Positions 45,501 through 58,619 of a DNA stretch of 64,000 bases are shown here, piece after piece. The position numbers were made by a program, and so were the translations under genes. The stretch comes from Leidyana gryllorum EB-2025a. Lineage: Eukaryota; Protista; Apicomplexa. Under the pieces are notes generated by a model. That model was not told where the DNA came from, ran no database searches, and saw nothing but the letters and a program-made list of their open reading frames with translations. Each line of letters starts with the position of its first letter. The first letter of the stretch is position 1. Where the stretch lies: NCBI GenBank assembly GCA_048772705.1, contig JBLWGC010000173.1, forward strand, positions 124,001 to 188,000. The letters run 5' to 3'.

Positions 45501-47314
45501 TGGGGAGCCTCGCTGCCACTATAGAGCCCTTGGCGGAGATCGCATTACCCGGAGCCATGCAGGATTGCGATCCTGATAAATTGGACAGGGTGGACGCGAT
45601 GATTGAAGCTTGGATCCATCGGTTTAAGGTTGCGGCGGATCAGCTAGACGCCCACATTGGGGCGCTCGGGACCTTCAAGACTGACAATGCTATTCTCGAA
45701 GAGTTACCGCGTTTGCGAACCAGTCGAGCACTACTTCTACTGCAGGATAGTGTGGTGAAGCTCCAAATTGCCCGACAGGAGTGCTTAGATAACCTCGTGT
45801 GTTTGCACACAAACGCGGAACATGTGGACGCAGTTCGGAGGATGGAGACTACCTGCGCCATCACGGAGGCCACAAATCTATCCATCTTTAGCGATGTTGA
45901 CTCGACGGTACTTCACCCAGTCACACCGGCGACGGTGAACACCACCCCTTCTCATGGACAAGCTCGTCCCTCCTTGTCAAGTGACACTGGGGGACGATCC
46001 CGGCTGGGATCCTTCGAGCTCGAGTCTCCCTTGACGGCCAAAGCCCCTGGTCAAACACATCCGGTGAACAGATTGGCATCAACTTTATCCCCCTCTGGAT
46101 TCAAAAGCTCAACCCAGCGCCCTGGCCCGTGGACGCGGTTGGAGAGTGACGAAGATTTGTATGCTCGCCATCGCGGCGACCTCATTGTCGTATTGTCTCC
46201 CACCCATCAAACCCCAGACCGGTTTGGTACCCCAAGTCAGAGGCTACGGAATTTCGTGACGCACGGCTCTCCGTCCCCTGGTGGGGCAAGAGTTCGCCGA
46301 CCACCAACGACAGAATTGAGTTCTGACGTCAGTCCAGAACCCCGAGTGTATCCCACTACTCCATTTGCTCACCCGTCTTCCATGCTGAAGATGCGGAAAG
46401 ACCTGAAGTCCGGGTCGTCAAACAAAGACGTGCGACAAATCGGCGAGTCTGGCCGAAATACTGTGAAACCTCAAGGTCGCACCAAACTGAGTGTGCCCAT
46501 CAGCCACATCACCCCCAAAGAAGGAAGGGCGTGGGATCAATGCGGGTCAAAGCCGGAACTTCGACAAAGTCGCTTTGAGGACGAAGAACTCGACGAGGAT
46601 TGTTTGCCATCTCCCCATCGAAAACCCAAGTTTTGGCCGAGACGGCCTCACAAAGTCACAAGAGTTGAAGGGCTCTTCCTCGAAACTGAAGATCTGGAAG
46701 AAAGTGTGCGAGCGACCACACGCTTCTCTGTGCCCTCGCAACGATCCGAAAGAAGTGTTGCAGTAGCAGATCCATTGACCCGTTTGGACAATGAGACCCG
46801 AATGTGGGTTCTGAACGCTCCTTCGGAAGACATCAAGGCGATACAATCAGTAATAGAGTGTCTCAATACAATATATAGAATCATGCAATCCACTCTCAAA
46901 TTCTCCAAACGAAGACGGTGGTGGAGTCAACACAATGACACTGATCGTCGCCGCCCACTCAGCAGTACACAGTTCAAGTTTGTCATCTTTGATCAACTCG
47001 ACTTTTGCGACCTGCGAGTACAGAAGTTGAACGCCAAAGGGGCCACGCTATCGGCCATCCTGGATAGTCGACAGAGCGGATGGGAGGGTGGAGAAGTGAA
47101 GAGGAAAGCAGTCAGTTTCTTTGGACTGGATGCTTTGGATAATCGAGTCATTGAGGCACTTCGTTATGACGACTCGACTTGGCCTGTGGTCCTGTGTCTG
47201 AGAAGATATCTGTGCTTTTATCAGTTCCTCCTGATAGAAATCCAGGAGTTACGGAAGATGGCTTCTCTGATTCACGCGGAAGCCTACCCCCATCACTCGC
47301 TCCCGCCGGATTGA
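42575..47314 (+). CDS. Large multi-pass membrane protein, FUSC/ArAE (aromatic acid exporter / ALMT-like) superfamily, single exon
   Basis: Two hydrophobic bundles. The second has a FUSC_2-type pattern: CLRFAIGV, WQATLKRAILRIIGVCAGCFFGW, GYAAQVF, VVQRLVGQAVGVSLAVLVSLIIVP. ATG at 42575. Confidence 0.72.
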   Translation: MRSAPLQERQGGVPGSFAAGEWPFDGRSKGVLHWIARKLVLSGRTERAVRFAFPLPLALWITYRNPLNLRLNYLTAVLYTIFAALFPPSPSGANLVIFLGVLGAVIGVVISTAFLAIPLVSKLSVNESDAVIVSLFGVIALGSSVLRLDALGPLMTIPLFAVLYSTVQITTQVYVSARDGVDLTFPRTTLGLVAGNLSAISDFLRSKGLLFLAYLLDRFFAHITNELSPCHLLQYPDIIHQGECVWKIPESIELENENLRFLANVPVLISAHPDTGLNLHVQPEGWFLSFLWLARAEYGIIYGGVVHSFLAIALYVLSIHLPPPRFMRSVLRNGIQLCVGTLRRWNIVMAQGMGLVQPRHVVALGQTVPDNLPPAGSVMLSFRDDKHCRKRSCRKIDPPGMLSADVPISRLVGKTTALKGPMLLSLLEHLLYSPLGVNTFPQTSQLLSAIARAATQASALERMLLLDGRKAAWSQMSRRSEKESILPVKWAIRDHSVRVWLSEVVLDCLRLQSEIQSVLSIKPGINKDPGQLELIKRVLFKLDWEVWNMEHRQQQFAAIRSREVYVWVTDGIGSRHSYLDTTDEEEVAAAERNVSQAQAILNQFAVNFIEQPLILATLTQNWAHRQVQRSFRSFAVSLAGFFTPIGLLLAHFVRQWIRGISCFLFHWCCGFLHQEEPIPSLLDSGAFTPRWQQSIISPTPTTAPTSRIMTEPTTSEGETLRETTWLRRLLDPVIATPYDYPAYVLDNEAFRMGAPPEVRECFGLRTPRIWICLRFAIGVTGCFALTIYCSAWSDRLFLVDARPVPEVLQTLASYGAVLDLDFYRKTQVAAWTFLGFMTTFLMTWQATLKRAILRIIGVCAGCFFGWMCIHLWPSLDDLPAHITWITISTLIVVWISSNPDNIMTYHPSWGYAAQVFTYQQVIIVCSASLERNEPDELVVQRLVGQAVGVSLAVLVSLIIVPTDVHRTYRMYLGAIMGSLAATIEPLAEIALPGAMQDCDPDKLDRVDAMIEAWIHRFKVAADQLDAHIGALGTFKTDNAILEELPRLRTSRALLLLQDSVVKLQIARQECLDNLVCLHTNAEHVDAVRRMETTCAITEATNLSIFSDVDSTVLHPVTPATVNTTPSHGQARPSLSSDTGGRSRLGSFELESPLTAKAPGQTHPVNRLASTLSPSGFKSSTQRPGPWTRLESDEDLYARHRGDLIVVLSPTHQTPDRFGTPSQRLRNFVTHGSPSPGGARVRRPPTTELSSDVSPEPRVYPTTPFAHPSSMLKMRKDLKSGSSNKDVRQIGESGRNTVKPQGRTKLSVPISHITPKEGRAWDQCGSKPELRQSRFEDEELDEDCLPSPHRKPKFWPRRPHKVTRVEGLFLETEDLEESVRATTRFSVPSQRSERSVAVADPLTRLDNETRMWVLNAPSEDIKAIQSVIECLNTIYRIMQSTLKFSKRRRWWSQHNDTDRRRPLSSTQFKFVIFDQLDFCDLRVQKLNAKGATLSAILDSRQSGWEGGEVKRKAVSFFGLDALDNRVIEALRYDDSTWPVVLCLRRYLCFYQFLLIEIQELRKMASLIHAEAYPHHSLPPD

Positions 47315-47511
47315 CGTATTGAAGCCTTTGTTCTGTACATGTCCCACTGTCTTTGTGTCTCTCTCATTTACACATGATCTCCATGGTCTCGTGGGGTTAT
47401 AATCTGTCCGTTGGCCCAATCCGTCTAACATTCCTTTCATGCCTCCTTCCCCTTCCGTCAATTGCGATTGTGGTTTTGTGCCGAGCCAATCGATCGTGCT
47501 CCGCTATAACA

Positions 47512-50500
47512 TCACCGCAATAGAGGTACCCATCCCAATGGTGTCTTCAACTTGAAGGTGGTCATAGACCAGCACTCCTGGAATAGTTGATTCAGTCGGG
47601 TTCTCGACAGTGTCAGAGGCTTCCCTCGCTGCAAGTACCGATCTTCCTCTCCGAATTCGTCCCGGTAGACGGATCCCCATGCTGTGATCTCGGCCACTGA
47701 GGGTCTGATAACTACCAGCCATATCACTGTGGAGAAGGGATGCAAGAAAACTCCTATTCGAGCGGTGCAAGCTGCCGCATGTCGCGCCAATGGGTGACTT
47801 AGGTGTTCCGTTCGACTGCAAAGAAGCACCACACACATTATGAATAAGACGCTGCCCGTCCTGGCTTGGCTCACCTGGGTCGTCGCTCATGGATTGTACA
47901 GCACACGTCGGCACAAAGGTGTGCACCGCAATGTAAACAAATGTAAAGATTTGCCCTGGGTTTATGCAAAACAGCAGCACCTCGGCTCTCAAAGGGTAAC
48001 ATGCGTCCTTTGTCGATGCCGTGCAACATTGATTGCTTTAGCAGTCTGCGAAAATGGTCAAATGATCTGTCACTGGCTGATTGACTGACTCACGTTTTCT
48101 GAAGTGACATGTGGAAGAGGAGGTCATATTTGAGCGGGAGGCTGATAAAGTATGGTAGATGAAGCCGAACGTTCACTTCGAACTGTAGTGGACTGTCCTT
48201 ATCTGTTGATCGGACGTTCAAGGGGGCAGCAAACACGCGCTGGGCTCTGCTCTGAACGGACTGGCCTGTTGTTGAAGCCGGGAAGATGCTCTGGAAGTGT
48301 GCTTTGTTTGTGACCGCGTCAGTGGGAATGACCAGAGGATTTGTGTACCACCACAGGAACTCCTCTAGAAGAGGGTCGGTGGAAGCATCCTGCAACGTTT
48401 TCAAAAGAGAATTGGCATTCGAACAGTTGCGCTCCAAATCATAGGCCACATCTTCAGCACTTTGGTTCATTATCGTTAAACTCGTCTGCAGTTTGGAGCC
48501 CGAGTTCTTCAACAGCGTCCCATCATCACGAATGGGCTGAATTCGTCGTGTCGGGATCCGATGTAACCAGCTCTGTTGGAACATCTCCCGTGCCTGTATT
48601 AGGATATTGTGTCCAGCCTGGATGTTGGAGACGGAGGTTCTCTCGCCGCTCGGACAGAAGAGGACACTCAAGGGCTCTAACGGTGATCCTCGCAATAACA
48701 GTGTGAAGACTCTCTGTAAGGCTCTTCCGGTCAATGCCTTATTCGGGCCTGGATGATCTTCAGTGATACTTTTGAGCACAGCCACCGTCTCCTCGTCATC
48801 GTCGAAGAGACCCAACGTCTTTAATGTGTTGCCGTCCTCCTCATCGCTTTTGACGTCTTCATTCGCCACCACACACAGCTGTCGGAGTAAACGCACAAAC
48901 CGCAGAAAGGGGAGGCATCCGAACATTCCAACTTGAGTGATCTGATCAATCTCAAATGGCACCTCGACTCCATCACTGTCAACTTCACGACTCTCGCTTC
49001 CCATCTCTGGTGGAGAGACACCCTCAGCCCCGATCCGTGGGAGCGGGTCTAACTTGACGGGTTGCAGCAGCGTTTGGATATAAAGACTGCGCCGCCGCTT
49101 TCTCTTCGAGCCGAGCTTCGCGCACATATCTGTCTCGTGCTGTTCACCCAGAAACTTCGCGTATCTCCGCAGTACGTCGTCCGGAACCTGAGCAAAGGAA
49201 CCTCTAACTTCGTTCGCGTGCTTCGCATTCAAACCGCCGCCCGGGACACAATCGACGGACGGCCGGTGACGTTCAGTCATGGGGACATGGAGTCCTGGCG
49301 CCGAAGGTTGCACTTCCCGCTCGGCTCCAAGAGTGTGACGTACTCGCTCGATCAGAGCCCTCACATTGTACAATACAACCCGTAGGTCCCCAACGCGCCG
49401 CACTTCTGCCTCTCCTCCTTGACGATTCGGGGGGTTTATGAACGCCATGGGACCCTCGCCACCCCGCGGAGGGTGACCGGCGGTATCGGTCGGTCGCGAT
49501 CTCTCGTGACCCCTTTCATGGGATTGGGGGTGTTCCAGAGCTTCAATACTTTCAGTAAAGTTGCTGCCCAGATTTGGGGCGATCTCTGATGGAGGCGCAG
49601 ATATGCCATTGTCTGAACCTCTGCCGGGGGTCGGACGGTTCAGTGGTCTCAAACGGGCGAACTTAAACTCCCACATATCCGGCAGAGACTCTGCAGAACC
49701 CGCGAGTCCGGGCGAGCTCGCAAGTTCAGCCTCCCCTCTGCTCATAACCTCTCCCTCTCCCGCTCCAGAACGCTCATATCCAATAGTCTCCTGAGACTTG
49801 GAGCCGGAAGTCGCCCAGGCGGCCGCCTCATCGTCGTCAGCGCCAGGTGGGTCTGATAACTTCGGCGGATAGTCATAGAGCGAGCTGCGTCTCCTTTGGC
49901 GGTCGTGGATGGCCATGCAGCTCCTCTCAGCTTTGAAACGCTTTCGCCGTTTGAGCCAATCGTTCGCGCCCTTGAGATCTCGGCTCGCGGCCAGCTGCAT
50001 GTAATCGACAGAATCTTCCCAAAGTCTCTTTCGATTCCGTGGCGGGCCCCAGAGATCAATTGATTGGTGTGTGCTGTCAAACTCCTCATCACCGCACACG
50101 TCTACCGCACAATGCGATTTGTGACCTAAGAGCGGTGTCAAAGCTCTCCACGTGCCGCTCGAGTACGCTCTGTTGATCCCTCCGAAGGGTTCCCTAACCA
50201 TCGGAGTGTCTGTGTGGTCCCAGCACTGTCTGGAAACGTCGATGGCCATTTGAGTCAGTGGGTGGGTACTCTTGGTGCATCCTTGTTGGGGTATATAATT
50301 AGCAATGGCATCAGCGAATTCTAACAGGAAGAAATAGAGGACGGTGTCCCACAGACTCTTATTGCTTTGGGTCTGCTCGTCCGTGGCCCATAGAGTGAAC
50401 ATGCGAGTCAGCCACAGCCATCGAGTGCGGGTTGTATTGAATGACTTGACCATAGCATAATTGACCTCGTCATAGTCGGCTGGTAATCCGTCCACCTTTC

Positions 50501-53500
50501 TTTCTCCATCCTTCGAGCTTTCATTGGTTATACTGTCATAGCCCGGACTATAACAACTTCGTCCATATATAATACAAGAATAGCAATCTGGGTCGAAGAT
50601 CAAACAGAAATCAGCTCGTATTCACAACTCACTGTAACGGTAAATGTCGAAACCAGTTAATTGGGCTTTATCACTAATCGATCCAAGTGATTCACACGCG
50701 CCCATCAAACGAGTGTGTGTGCGCAAGAAACTGCGTCGACAATGCCTGTCAGCCACTCGAACCTTCTTTAATTTGTCTGCGGCTTCGAGGAACATCCGGA
50801 AGAACCGCTGTGTACAGAGAAAGGGGATTGATGACACAGAGTGCGCATATGAGCCCACCTTGCACATTTCAACTTCAAGTTCCGACATTTCGGCTCTGCA
50901 TTGTTTTCTCATTGTAGTCTCCGCCAGCTCAATCACATTGGATAAACAATCAGACAGAGTGGCGAGAGGGTGTGTCTGGAGTACGTGGAAGCTGTCCGGC
51001 ATGGCAGACTGGCTGACCGCCTCGACAGGCGCTTGGAAACAGGCTTGTGTCGGGATTGTGGGGGCAATCAATGAGCTGCGTGTAGGGAGAATGGAGAAGT
51101 GGAGAGGGTTTTGAACTCACTAATGGGCTGATATGATACAACTGAGCTGCGACATGTCACTCCATTCTGGACCGAATACCAGTTCGGGAGTCTTTTGTAG
51201 TGCCAACGCGTTGCAAAGCAACAATCGAGCCAGTGTGTGTCGGAATGTGATACTCTCGAAGAGAGGGGGCAACACGATGGTGCTGTGCAATTCATCGAAG
51301 GTCCAACGGAGCTTCTCCAGTGCTTCGGCGAAGGGCCTCTTGGAGACGTCACACGCCGTTTCTGTTGGGACCACAGCCCAAGAGGGACCGTTGTCGCGTT
51401 CAGAATGTTTGAACCGTACTCCCTGCTTGAAGTCCATCAGTAAACAATTGAACCGCCGCGAGCAATAGGGGCACGTGGGCTCCTTTATGCGCGTTTTGGC
51501 AAACTGCGGATCGAATCGATGTTCATCTATCCTTTCCCTGAATTTGTCCAGAGTCAGATCGAAAGCGTCAGCAGGCGCTCCCTTGCGGAGATCGAAGAAG
51601 TCCTGTTCTTCAGACGATGGAACCGAATCACTGCCGGTGCCTTCTGCCATTTCCTCATAGCTATTGAGTGCGTGATGAATCTCCAGATCTCCTGGATGTG
51701 GCACAATGGAAGGTTGTCTCAGGCCCTGGACTTCGTAGGGAGACGGCAACATTTCATAAGCGTTGTCGTCAAACTCATTGATAGCATCAGGATCTCTCCT
51801 CAGATCAGAGTCGGGGGAGACCAAATCATTCCCCAACATCTCGTCTAAGGGATCTCCCTCTGTCTCGATACCACCTGCCTCCTCTTCCGCCTGTGCCAAC
51901 AGGTCCGCCATGGCGGTATTCAAACTCAGGTGACGCTGATCCCGGCTCCCTTTGCGGTGTTTGCGGTAACAACTGCGATGCATACTGCAGAGGAAGGAGC
52001 AGAATAGTGAGATCGGCCGCTGCATTGACCACTTACTGATGTCCGCAACTCCACCACACCAAAGCCGTGGCCTGGTTGCTGGGGGAGCTGTCCAATTGTG
52101 GGATACAATCGTTGATCCAAGAGGGCTCATTGGGGTTTATGGACGTCCGGAAGTTGGAAGCCGCGTGGGCCAAATCCAAAATGCCATTGTCGACATCCAC
52201 CACCGTTCGCACTATCTGTTGAATTGCATCTCGAATCTCTTCCGTTGGTGGCTGCGGTAACTTTCGCAGATCACGAAGCAGTATGGACAATGCAAATGCC
52301 CGATTCAGTCGATTCATAGGCGAAGATCCGTGAAGATTGGAGAACTGATCGATTAATCTCGCTATGGAGACAAAGGACAAATTGTTGATCTCACCTGATA
52401 TCGAGCCAACATCCCGATGGGATCGTCCTTGGTGCAATGGTTACTCATACACATCACACAGACTTCTTTGCCAATCGGCTCGGTCTCTTCGGCATCTCCG
52501 GTGGTTTCTTCCTGCATTGTTTCCTCGCGAGGAGAGTTGAGGCCGTTTTCTGGGGCTCCATCGACCTCGTTGGCCGGCGTGGCTTTGGAAGTGGCGTTTT
52601 GGCCGCCCTGGACTGGAACGGAGAGGTCTTCGTCCAGATCATCTGACAGATCATCAAAGTCGAATTGCGCCTGAAGGGCTTTGATCTCATCCATAGCCGC
52701 CAGTTGATGGGCCTTTATGACCTCATTGCGCTGCTCCAACTCTGCTGCGCGTCGCTCCTTCATCGCTTCGCGCTCCTGAATGTCTCTTTCTTTTTGGCAT
52801 CGGGCGTGATCGAGCACCAGCTGTATCCATTTGGCCCCCGCAACAAAGTTGTCACTATAATGGCCTTCCAGACACCACGATAGAATGTCCAGAATGGAAG
52901 CGGAGCACTCAGCGTCAGTCCAGCGAAGCACAAAGTGCCGATTCAGGAGATCGTCGAAGCCGAGATGCTCACCAAAACCTTCCAGCATTGTAGTCACATC
53001 CGGAACACTCAACTTGCTGGTGAAATCGACCACACTCTCCGGTGTGTCGGCGGTTTCTCTGCCATCTTCCGTCCGGTTCTCCTCAACTGTGCGTCTTTGG
53101 TTATCCATCCACTGCTCATATTGACGTTCCACAGCGAGCAGTTTGCTCAAATACTGGAATACAATGGCTATGAGGCGCTGATACACCTCGAACTTTGGTG
53201 GCGCTTCCTCTGCAGCGGCCTTTCCGCCTTGACCGAATCGCGCACACAGAATTGTCTGGAGGGTGGTGGCACCGAAACCACATTCTAAGGTGCGGAACAA
53301 TGCCACAATACCCACAGCGCGATAGACAGGAGCTCGAGCGTTATGGAAGTAGGCCTCGGCTCGTTTGTCGATCATTCCCTTCTCTGTCTCATTCAAGAAG
53401 GTATGCATATGCATAGGTGGCCACTGACAGGCTGCCAGCCACCATCTGGACATATTCTCCTCGTCGATCTCCAGAAATCTGCTGAATCCTTCTTCGACCA

Positions 53501-55429
53501 CTTCGTAGTCTTCCATTCCCCAATAGGGATAGAACGGGTCATAGCGCAGCCACCCTTCTTTCTGCACCTTCTCCAAGTTGAGTGTCTCTGTACCCAATCC
53601 TTGGCCACTGCCTGGGTCTCCTGGAGTGGTGACACTGTGAGGCTGCTGCTGATGAGACTGATTGGACGCCCCCCCGTGGGTGAGCGGATGCTGTTGGGCA
53701 GCTGCAGCTGCCAAAGTTCCTCCGCTACCGGACATCAGCTGCTCAAAGTTGCCTGTGGGAGTGGTTTGTTGACTCGGTCCCGGAACCTGTTCGGAGGCTT
53801 CCCGAGCTCCCCAGAGAGAGAGAATGTGGAGTGCCAATGCTTTGCCACGAACTGTGCTACAAACTTCGAGGACCTCAGAAACAGGGGGCATCTGATTGCG
53901 GGCGACTCCCCGCAACAGGAAGCGATGGAGTAAGAGTTGCTCGAGATTGAAGCGTTGGATGTTTGCTGTCCCGTCATCGCGTGCGAGAGTGGTGGAAGCG
54001 AATATGCCGGAACCGCTGATGCCCAGCAGCCATCCCAGAGTGAAGAGAAGGGAGAAGAGAGTCATATCTCTATTGGTCTCTTTGACCTCTGCTGTGTCCG
54101 AGAAGACAATTTGGAGAGTGTTTCCCAATTCGAATCGACGACAAAGTGTGATGACGAGGGCTGTTATGCAGACGCGAGTGTCGAGTGTCTGAGGGGAACT
54201 GTTAGCGATCATCAAGTCTATCTCGCTCAGTTTCGAGACCTGACGCTTCCAAAACTTGTGACTATCCTCCACTTCATCACAGATGGCTTGCATATCCCGT
54301 GATCTGGCGCTCGCGTCCGACTGCCACCACAAACTGAGTTCAGAGGCTCCCCAGAGAGCCAATGTGAGGGCATTCAAATCTGCTTCGTAGAAATAGGGAG
54401 CCCAGTGATGGCGGAGATAAAGTGCGGCTTCGTGTGCCGGGGCGTTGCCATTTCGAGCCCAAAGATGGACAGTGGATACGTGGTGACTGAAAGCGATAGC
54501 TCGCATCTGGTGCTCAAAGAAGGCCAAGAATTTGTTGAGTGAGAATGAAGAATGGCCATAATCTGTCACTAGTCCGTAAAGAGGCTCTCTGATCAGCTTG
54601 CCTAAACGTGTGGTCTGGGTTATCATGGAGAACAGGAATCGATTCAACGGGAGGTGTAATGTGACCTCGAGCTTCGAGATAGGTCCCACTGGCTCCTGAC
54701 TCTTGAATCCGATCGCACGCGTTAGATCCACATCAGCTTCGACTACAGAGGATATCCCATACTCTCGTCGTATCGTTTCGTTCAACCACTTCCCCAACAC
54801 TGTGCCAGAGGCTCGTATCATTAGAGAACTTTTGGGCAAACATAATTCTTGGTTGGCTCGAATGAATCCAAAGAGAACTTCCAAGGCGTTCATGTACTCA
54901 ATGATAAGTAGGAAAGAATTCTGCCATTGAGTGACATCTTCGTACGGCACATGCGCATCCACCAGCCGGGTGTAATGCGTACACCCCTGACATAGCTTCA
55001 GTATCGGCAGAACACCTTCGCATAAGAAGTCCTTTTCCAAAATCTCATCTCTCTGGAACACACGTGTCAGAATACACTGTGCATCCAGCAGAGCCGTCTT
55101 GAGATCTCCAATCGTGTGAAGCATTTTCTTTTTATTGAAGTTGGGAGGCATCAGTCGGACCCTCTGGGGCCGACTGTTCCGCACCACACATCTCTCGAGT
55201 AATTGGGATTGGGTCTGCATAATGGTCCGAATCAATTCTCGACGGGCAAATAGATCCACCAGTACTCCGGGAATACTGTAGATTTGGACAGATATCCGGT
55301 CCAATGATGGATCGTTGACCAGTATTAGACTGCAGAAGGGCGGCATATTATTTCAGCCAACAACATGGGTCAACACAAACACACACGGAGACGGAGACGC
55401 CAGCAACCGAGACGGAGACGGAGACACCA

Positions 55430-55489
<60 letters not shown>

Positions 55490-57590
55490 CGAGTATTTTG
55501 ATAGCAACAGACACTTACTGGGTATAATGGTGAATGAATTCCCTTGCGAATCGCAGTTTGAATCGGCGGTCGAACAAGAGTTCCAAAATGAAGTTGGTTG
55601 CGACCGCATGGGGAGCAGGGGTTGAAATCTGGTCGCGCGAAATAAGTAAGCGTGGATCTCGGGAAGACTCCAAGCGAGGCAGAACGTATAGCATAAGGCG
55701 GGTCATTGACGGCTGCCCGGGGTTTGAATTTTGTCGAGCGCCACGGCCTCGCAATAGGTCGAATACGCCGCCCATAGAGCGGCGGAAGGAGGAGGACTGT
55801 CTGCCGAGTGCAGGTGCCGGTTCACCAAATTCAATCTCCGTGTCGACGAAGGGAGGTTCCAGTGAGAGGCCTCCAACATCTGTGAAGCCAGTGAAGCCTG
55901 GGATGACGTCGTCGATCTGGATATCGGTCCCCCGACTCTTAACGGCTCCCCGTTTTTCAATCAGCGCTGTGACATCCGAGCCCGCAAGGTCGACAAACGA
56001 GGTCAGTTTATCGAACAAACAGAGCCAGGCAGCTGAAGAATCATCGACCGCTTCAGTAGCGTAGACCAAAAGTCGTCGCACGGCTTGGTGGCTACAGGCC
56101 CAGTCATTGAGTGTGTTTCCAATGCCCGCAATAGCAGCTCGTAATTTGACACGGGCGTCCACGTTGCCACGGTAGTGTTCATCTCGACAGGGAAGCACAG
56201 AGTTGACTTGTAATGAAATGAATCTTCTGAGAAGAATGGTAAGTATCAGGGTGAGTCGGCACTTGACATCGGGATCCAGGATATCCGACGGGTCATAGTC
56301 ATCCAGCGCACGAGTTAGCTCATCGGGAAAGTCTGTTTTGGGGTTCCTTTCCCGAATGTGAGACGTCAGCCAATCGAAGAAATCTCGATATTGTTTCAAG
56401 TGACGCAAAAACTTGATGTGATTATCTCCGTCAGGTCGGTCTGCTTCACCGTCGGCTTCGAAGGCTGTGGTCAACTTGTCAATTTCGACAAACGCCTGAG
56501 CGAGCACGTGCGCGGGAGGATGTTCAGGACAAAATCCTGTCTCCTGCCAAGCTGATCCGTCTCCGCAGTCGCAACATCCGCCCAATTCGGAACGATAAAT
56601 AGCGTAGTCGTGGCCTCGGTGATCTGAGGTGTTGAAACATCGTGCACACATACACGACGAGTTGCTCAGAGCACAGGTGTGGCATCGATACGCTACGTGC
56701 TCCCCTTCCCAATAGCTGGCACACCTCGAAGCTCTCAAAGGAAGCTTTGTGAGGGCCTTTGGCAGATCCGTTATGGGAGCTTTGTGGGTCTCGAATCGGG
56801 TACCAGCGAGATAATTTGAAGGAGGGACATTGGAGCTGTTTGTTGTTGCGTTGGTCTTCGTCATCCCGGTCGGCGGCGTCTCTAATGCCGGGTGTGCAAC
56901 GTGGTGTAATCTGTACACTGCGAAAGCTGACAGTATCCGCGAGGTATTCAGATCGCCTAATATGAAGAAGAAGATATCCACCAACTGAAGGAATCGAGCT
57001 AGTGAGCGCGTTCTGTCGCTGGAAGAAGGCGATAGGGCCGCTGTACGGAAGATTCCGTGCAGATGGGCAGCGAATCGGGTAAGGAGAGATGGGTGAAGCC
57101 GTAGAGCGGGAAAAGAATGTAGTGTTGAGGGCGTGTTTGCCAGGCGAAACAAGTCAGGAGAAGTGTCGCCCAGTGGAGAGTTGAATGACGCAGCTGCAAA
57201 TACGTCAGTACTGCCGAGCGGCTCGAAAGCCACGGGGTCAGCGTGTTGCTTGGGAAGGGATACGAACGAGAAAAGACGATCAGTCGACGACGAATGACCC
57301 GTCGCAGGGTTGGGCAGGGACGATCTCTCCAATAATGCAGCACATAAAGCCCAATCAGACTCCTCCAGGTCGGTCGCCCGACCCGCAGGATAAGGCCCGA
57401 GTGGGAAACTAGACGACTCCGGTCGCATAGTGGAACATGTGACTATAACAAACACTGCGCACACCACCGACGTGCCAAGCAAATGAAGCCATCCGTAACA
57501 TTGCCTTTGAGAACTACGTACAGATGTTACAACGTAGTTGCCGCTCCAAACCAAAGTCACAAGATGCAAGCCAGTATCAAATGCGGTCAT
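47512..57590 (-). CDS. UBR-box N-recognin E3 ubiquitin ligase (UBR1/PRT6-like), multi-exon
   Basis: UBR box CASYWEGEHVAYRCHTCALSNSSCMCARCF...HRGHDY...GGCCDCGD..AW...GFCPEH. Split RING CVMC...SCGH|HMHRSC...CPYCSRRFNCLL. C-terminal GSVYRDEFGEEDRYLQRGKPLTLS. The start could instead be MRPESS at about 57429. Confidence 0.92.
55431..55488. repeat. (CA)29 microsatellite in a UBR intron
   Basis: Read directly; it lies between the exon ending at about 55515 and the acceptor at about 55331 on the minus strand. Confidence 0.95.
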
Positions 57591-58619
57591 CTTGCGCGTG
57601 GAACAGCCATTAATCTACAAAGACAACCACCGCCTAATAGCGCTCAAAGTTTGAGAAATTCATGACGCGCTCTTTCAACCAGTATTTTCGTTCGACGTCA
57701 TTCCTGGCAGCCTAATATGGCTGCCTAAACATTACTGCCAGTTGCGGCCCACACACGCATTCCGGAGACACTCAGACTTCTGAGAACAAACGCGCGCGCA
57801 CACACTCACACACACACTTGGAGACACATGTTGCACACTTTCTTTGTGTGGTTGGCACTGTGTGTGTGCATTACTTATAGCCTTGTCAATGCGAACGCTT
57901 CTGGGTCGGAGTAGAGTCAACGGGTGCGCTGGGGGCTTCCACTGACCATGAGAGTTACGGTTTGTGGTTTGACTGACGGATCAGTCAGGTCACTATCGTG
58001 GCTCCCTTGGGAGGTCACGATAAGCTTCTAAACCCAGCTCGTGCACTTGCGGGAATCATTTCAGGTACTGGTTTGTGTTGACGCGTACAGGTGAAAGGTG
58101 GACGAGAGAATAGTCTTGTTGTTCGAAGACGGCGTCATTCGGCTCATGACACGCATTTCCTGCCCTGTTGCTACTGCTTCGTCCCCCTTGGCGATCGCGA
58201 TCTTGTTTCGTCCAGATCAACGGAGGATGAGTATGGAGGGGTGGGGGAAGGTCTGTGGGAGTAGAGGGGTGTTGGGTGGAGGAGTATAGAGTAGGGAAGA
58301 GGCGCTCTCTCGCTCTTTCGATACACGAGGACAAGGCAGCGTGCCTTAAGAATACCTGATAGATAGGGAAAGAAACGTTGGCTGTCTTTTGCACTCGTTG
58401 TTTCAAGAGGAGAGAGCCGTATGAAATATGTCGCCACGCGACTTGAAGGCCGGTACGAATGAATATTAGCTGAGAGATACATATAGAAAGGTCGGTCGCT
58501 GTTGTAGTGGTAGGAGTAGTAGTGGTGCTTGGGTGGTTGTCCGAAGGTGTTGAGTGTCAAGCGACGCAAATTGTGACGCATCGGGCGATTCCGTCCGTCT
58601 GATCAGATTTGAGTCCGCA

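Noticed and set aside
55315-55625. ORFs with THTHTH/HTHTHT runs
   Set aside because: These are translations of the intronic (CA)n microsatellite.
57660-58600. Short ORFs between the UBR and GPAT genes
   Set aside because: There is no coherent exon chain or motif. The region is more likely UTR or promoter sequence, although a small gene or ncRNA cannot be excluded.
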